Below are positions 60,701 through 64,000 of a stretch of DNA of 64,000 nt, piece after piece; within the stretch, counting starts at the first letter, position 1, and each line of letters begins with the position of its first letter. Below the pieces are notes generated by a model. The model had not been told where the DNA came from. It made no database searches and was given only the letters and a program-made list of their open reading frames with translations. Both the position numbers and the translations under genes were made by a program. The stretch is from Botryllus schlosseri (Eukaryota). The stretch spans positions 31,436,001 to 31,500,000 of the forward strand of contig CM119371.1 of assembly GCA_051294905.1 (NCBI GenBank), in the 5' to 3' direction.

Positions 60701-63700
60701 GAATGTGTCCATAAAATTATATTTTTTATCGTTAAACTCATATTGTGTAAGCCAGAGGGACTATTCCTGTTACGATAACTATCCGAGTCGAATTCTAACG
60801 TTTGATACTTGATCACGATTCGAGTATTCTATAGATTCATTGCTAAAAGCTTGTTAGCAAATCGTGGTGTTCTTACTAACATACGACATAAAAACGTACG
60901 GCCTGCTTGTCACACTGGTTCTTCATCGGGATACTGGGCGTAGGCTCGTCGGTGCAATAGAACCTGTATAAAATATCTGAGACTTTATATACTCATGATC
61001 GCGGAGGCAGCAGAGCAGATATGTTATTTTGGAAGGTGGTATATCATATCAAGGATTAAGACTTGGTAAAATAGGTTACATACTTGACTGTATCAACAAG
61101 GTCAATATAAAGATAGCGGGAACCTTTCCTATCTTATGTTAAGTCAAACAATTATTTGGACAGTTCTATTCCCCTCTGCTATTGTCTCAACAGGGCAATG
61201 AAGTGCTAATGTAGTGCGAAATAAGCGAAGGTGAATCGATATTCATAGTAACGAGTGAACTTAGAATTCACCTTGAATTGCAGCCACGTTCGTCGGCGTG
61301 GCCTTCGCAACTGGTGGTCCCATCACACATCATATCCAGTGAAAGAACTAATCTCTCCCCCGTTTCAAAATGTTTGCACCTTTGGAGGAAATTATATTGA
61401 ATGTTATCTTGTATTATAATGTGGATGTGGAAATCGGGTCACGGGTAGGTCAGTCGTAATAATTGTGTGAATATATTATATGTTCATCCACCCAAAATAC
61501 CCAATACCCGATGCGATGTACAAGAGTCGATGCGATCTATTGAACAGATAAAAAGGTTTTCGGAAGGACCAGCTGCGGTCCTTTAATCTGGCATTTATGT
61601 CATACCTTTGTACACGATGTAACTACCATCAAATGCATTACCATTGGCGGTTCTGCAAATCTCAACTCTTGAGAGAAATTTGCCGGATAATATTGACTTT
61701 CCTTTCGTTGCAACATTGCTTTGTGGGTCAGATGAAATCGTCAAGGGGTCTGATTCAGCTAAGACTCGGCTCCAGGCAATCCGAATTCACGGTGTTTTAC
61801 ATAAAGTAGGCATATATGACGAAATTAGGCCGTGCTAAACCCCGATTGCTTCTGTAGCTGCTCAACCGTTGTTACAGGTTGTTCTGTGTCGCGCTTGCCA
61901 TCGTTTCGTTACTTGTAAGGTGAATCGTCCCATCAATTCATACAGTGGCTAAGTTAGCATTATTGAATATTACGCAGACTAAATACAAGCTTTAAAACAC
62001 TCCTTATTCCAGGAAAAAGAATATTTCAACCCACATTGGGTAAACTATGCTGTTGGAATAGTGACGTCCCCTGCTATCATCGTATTCATCGATAAGGTCG
62101 CAGAATCTAGGTGTCACGTCACAGCGGCATTCTTCGTCCATGAAATCGTTGCATTCGGGTATCCCATCACACGCCGTCGCATCTAAACAGCAGACGTGTA
62201 TCCAATCTCATACTTGTCAACGAGAAGATATTTTTGGAGTGTGATCCACTTACATTTGCCTACCGGATCGCCGCATTCGTAATCCAGTTTTCTTTGGCCT
62301 TGAAACGGAATGCCGCTTGGTTCTAAAGTTAGCAAGGAATGAAGTATCGTCGCAAATCACGTCAATTACAAGGTAGGCATTGTTGTCGTGCCTCATGTAA
62401 CAAGATTAGGGGCTATAAAACACTGGTTTAGTGTGTTTTTCGTAATGCAGATATTATGCTATAATGGATTTGACTTTGTTACCAGAATCTACTTCACTTG
62501 TACTTGCATTTTTAGCTAAAATACATATTATATTTGACAAATTTTATGCTATTCGAAATTATGTGTTTGAAAATCCCTCCACGGCGAATTTAGTTTGACG
62601 GAAGATCATAGTCATTTTAAGGAGTGACATTGTCGTAAACGATATGAAACTGGGACCGAGAAAACAACCCTCAATCTGATTCAGGATATGTTGCAATATT
62701 TGTTGCTCCTTTACCTTCATGGCATTAGTTACAGGAATGTATTTGGAAATTGCCAATTGTCTCGGAGCCCTACCAAATATTCTTTATACTTTCAGACTAC
62801 TACAGTGAGGTGTATAACCTTCATGAGGCTGACACAACGTATAACAAGACATCATTTGCGAATGCTCGATGACTAATGTTTACAACCCTGGAGCAATCGT
62901 AGCAAATAGAAATGTGTCTTAACGGGTGAGTTTCTACGTTTGAGTTTGAGTAATAGTCACGATCGACATAACGAAATCGGAACTCTTATCCAGATGCGGA
63001 ATAATAAACGTGTCAGACTACTTTGGTATCAACTATTGCATGGATTCTTTACCTGGGATGCTCGCATCCGCAAGGGATGCTAAAACTGCTCCTACGGGGT
63101 GTTGAGAATCATTAAGAATATTTAGGTCTACCAACTCGACGCCCGAGATTCCCCGCTCTCCTTAATTCGGCCCACAATTCGTGTCCTTTTTAGTTCCATT
63201 GTAACATACCTTTCCGTATGCAATATGCTTCATCTTCACCGCCCGGGCAATCTAACCTGGGAACATGACACGAGTTTGAGCATCATTTGTACCCATTGAT
63301 GTGAGCGAGGCCTGAACTACTGCGAAAGTACGTTGCCCTAAATCATCGAAATCTGGATAAAGAAACCAGCGGACATGGGGGGAAATTAAGTTATGTCCAA
63401 TTTACAAGGCCATTGCTGCAGCCAGCAAGTATGAGAATTTGAGCGGGAAATAATTACCATATTAGTTCATATAATGCCACTGTGAAGCAGAGAACAAGGA
63501 AATTATATGTCGTATGATATTTTTGAAAGGCATCCCACCTACTATCGCAGACGCTTGTTGTTTTCACCAGTAGCCTAGCTCCATTTCCCCAACTACTGCA
63601 TCGAATTGACGGTGTACTTGAAATTTCACCTAAGCTGGTGTCTGTGACAGACGTGTTTATTCATTAACATTGATGAAATTCGAAACATTTCACTTACTCC

Positions 63701-63954
63701 AGACAAAGTTTTTGCAAAGATTCGGCCGAGCTGCTTCGGGACAGAGGCACTCATCAGTGAGGTCGCCACAGTCAAATACTCCGTCACATAGCTTGGAAAT
63801 CGGTAGGACGACTAATGGATCTCTAAGGCATTTAAAACAGCTCTCGTCCGTGAAATCTGAGACATGATCGTATACTTTGTAATTGCACGCCATACGTTAG
63901 CAGTAACGTTTTGCTTACATTTTCCATCCTCGGGACAGATGCACTCGTCAATAT
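51409..63954 (-). CDS. Gene 1 (spliced, 5'-incomplete): LDLa-repeat rhodopsin-class GPCR, LGR/RXFP/GRL101-like 7TM, no LRRs seen
   Basis: Well-supported exons: 63919-63954, 63698-63856, 63539-63641, 63210-63256, 62254-62322, ~62031-62182, 61272-~61407, 60900-60963, 59780-59866, 57604-57733, 57101-57258, 56857-57038, 55872-55997, 54608-54709, 54331-54549, 53779-53936, 51409-51596 (TGA). Tentative linker exons: 61867-61948, 61606-61749, ~61492-61536. 7TM motifs: LSFSDLLVG (TM2), YCQVDREWRSSGTC (ECL1), YSSHGVCLP (ECL2), SDSLCWIP (TM6), PINSALNPLLY (TM7). Confidence 0.9.
51856..52399. mobile_element. ATCGG-rich MITE
   Basis: TIR TAGAGGTCGACCGAT / ATCGGTCGACCTCCA; TSD ATACTAAA/ATTCTAAA; related end at ~25380. 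Confidence 0.85.
52829..53767 (-). mobile_element. 'TAGGGATG' family copy 4 (reverse orientation)
   Basis: Reverse-complement homology to copy 1; degenerate TSD GTTCTACT/GTACCACT. Confidence 0.88.
53779..53936 (-). CDS. Gene 1 ICL3 and TM6 exon
   Basis: RHAMVTSTVNETNASEEKNNKESKRLQRKLTRIVISDSLCWIPICIIGFLSFN. Confidence 0.92.
53990..54290 (+). mobile_element. Penelope-like retroelement 3' fragment, second copy
   Basis: Aligns by eye to the reverse complement of ~38770-39010 (aaaatgcaccaacc...gagttcgtgtaccacctaaagatagtacattaaacgctctc...). Confidence 0.75.
54192..54235 (+). ncRNA. Second hammerhead motif copy (stem I degenerate)
   Basis: gctgacgatt-acca-CTGACGA-G-cgtcagc-C-GAAA-atat-TC-gggc; homologous to 38796-38839; palindromic AATATT stem III. 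Confidence 0.6.
54331..54709 (-). CDS. Gene 1 ECL2 and TM5 exons (54608-54709 and 54331-54549)
   Basis: FNENRMFKVLKYQDIQYMEQWLNLIQTTSKPQEG|STEWIRLNNMILDVNPNMTVAYEFGYYSSHGVCLPTFFPDPSVDRAWGYSFFLLLLNFVAFLYMLVCYVLLF. Confidence 0.88.
54764..55420 (-). mobile_element. 5'-truncated CR1/L2-group LINE 3' end with (ATG)n tail
   Basis: ORF2 C-terminal signature FMYLYHCGRCPEYFNDVF...SLKYAGPDVWNGNPPVIRQSTSMSTFKSKCKQLL, then 3' UTR, AATAAA and an (ATG)n microsatellite tail at ~54764-54797. Confidence 0.78.
55872..55997 (-). CDS. Gene 1 TM4 exon
   Basis: RPFSRPRLAVATMAVSISWFLSILLGIIPLLPHMADYFVGSV. Confidence 0.9.
56857..57258 (-). CDS. Gene 1 TM1-TM3 exons (57101-57258 and 56857-57038)
   Basis: SLGAVIGCTAVIVIT...LSLSFSDLLVG|IYAFSISIK...CSALGAIMVIGSEQSVFTMVIIASHRLYSVM. 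Confidence 0.92.
57604..57733 (-). CDS. Gene 1 last LDLa, hinge and start of TM1
   Basis: VCDGIKDCKSGIDECQPGCIDSAFSDEKSMITSKAILALSWII. Confidence 0.9.
58281..58788. mobile_element. GCAACTTT-rich MITE
   Basis: TIR TAGGGCAAGTT / AACTTGCCCTA; perfect TSD CTGATGAT. Confidence 0.88.
59780..60963 (-). CDS. Gene 1 LDLa exons (60900-60963 and 59780-59866)
   Basis: RFYCTDEPTPSIPMKNQCDKQA|DCDNAADEEGCFHFSCRDDGSLQYISRDN. Confidence 0.85.
61272..61407 (-). CDS. Gene 1 LDLa exon
   Basis: RCKHFETGERLVLSLDMMCDGTTSCEGHADERGCNS; exon starts at either 61407 or 61379. Confidence 0.8.
62031..62322 (-). CDS. Gene 1 LDLa exon pair (62254-62322 and ~62031-62182)
   Basis: ...DYECGDPVGK|YATACDGIPECNDFMDEECRCDVTPRFCDL...; donor position uncertain by a few nt. 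Confidence 0.8.
63210..63641 (-). CDS. Gene 1 LDLa exon pair (63539-63641 and 63210-63256)
   Basis: ...IRCSSWGNGARLLVKTTSVCDSR|LDCPGGEDEAYCIRK; phases are consistent. Confidence 0.82.
63698..63856 (-). CDS. Gene 1 LDLa exon
   Basis: FTDESCFKCLRDPLVVLPISKLCDGVFDCGDLTDECLCPEAARPNLCKNFVW; ctcag| and |gtaagt. Confidence 0.88.
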
Positions 63955-64000
63955 CTGCAATGCAGACAGATCGTCATTAATATAATAGAAGCGTCATAAT

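Noticed and set aside
63332..63352. Possible micro-exon in gene 1
   Set aside because: The flanking exons already join into a complete LDLa (VCDSR|LDCPGGEDE) without it.

Overview
Eukaryotic, AT-rich, intron-rich animal DNA; short ~60-nt introns plus an LRR-less LDLa-GPCR suggest an ascidian/tunicate (inference). Two minus-strand multi-exon genes lie in tandem. (1) 51409-63954 is the 3' part of an LGR/RXFP/GRL101-like rhodopsin-class GPCR whose LDL-receptor class A (LDLa) repeats join the 7TM directly, with no leucine-rich repeats in the visible part. (2) 48270 down to 1710 and beyond encodes a signal-peptide protein built of nine tandem two-exon cassettes. Each cassette is an invariant 91-nt exon plus a 131-173-nt exon, and encodes an atypical 8-Cys LDLa variant with a hypervariable loop. 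All A-to-B exon combinations are in frame. The introns are filled with nested hAT-type non-autonomous transposons (many with 8-bp TSDs), a 620-bp foldback element, SINE and LINE remnants, and two Penelope-like retroelement ends, each carrying a minimal hammerhead ribozyme motif. Exon models were assembled by eye from GT-AG sites and frame continuity.
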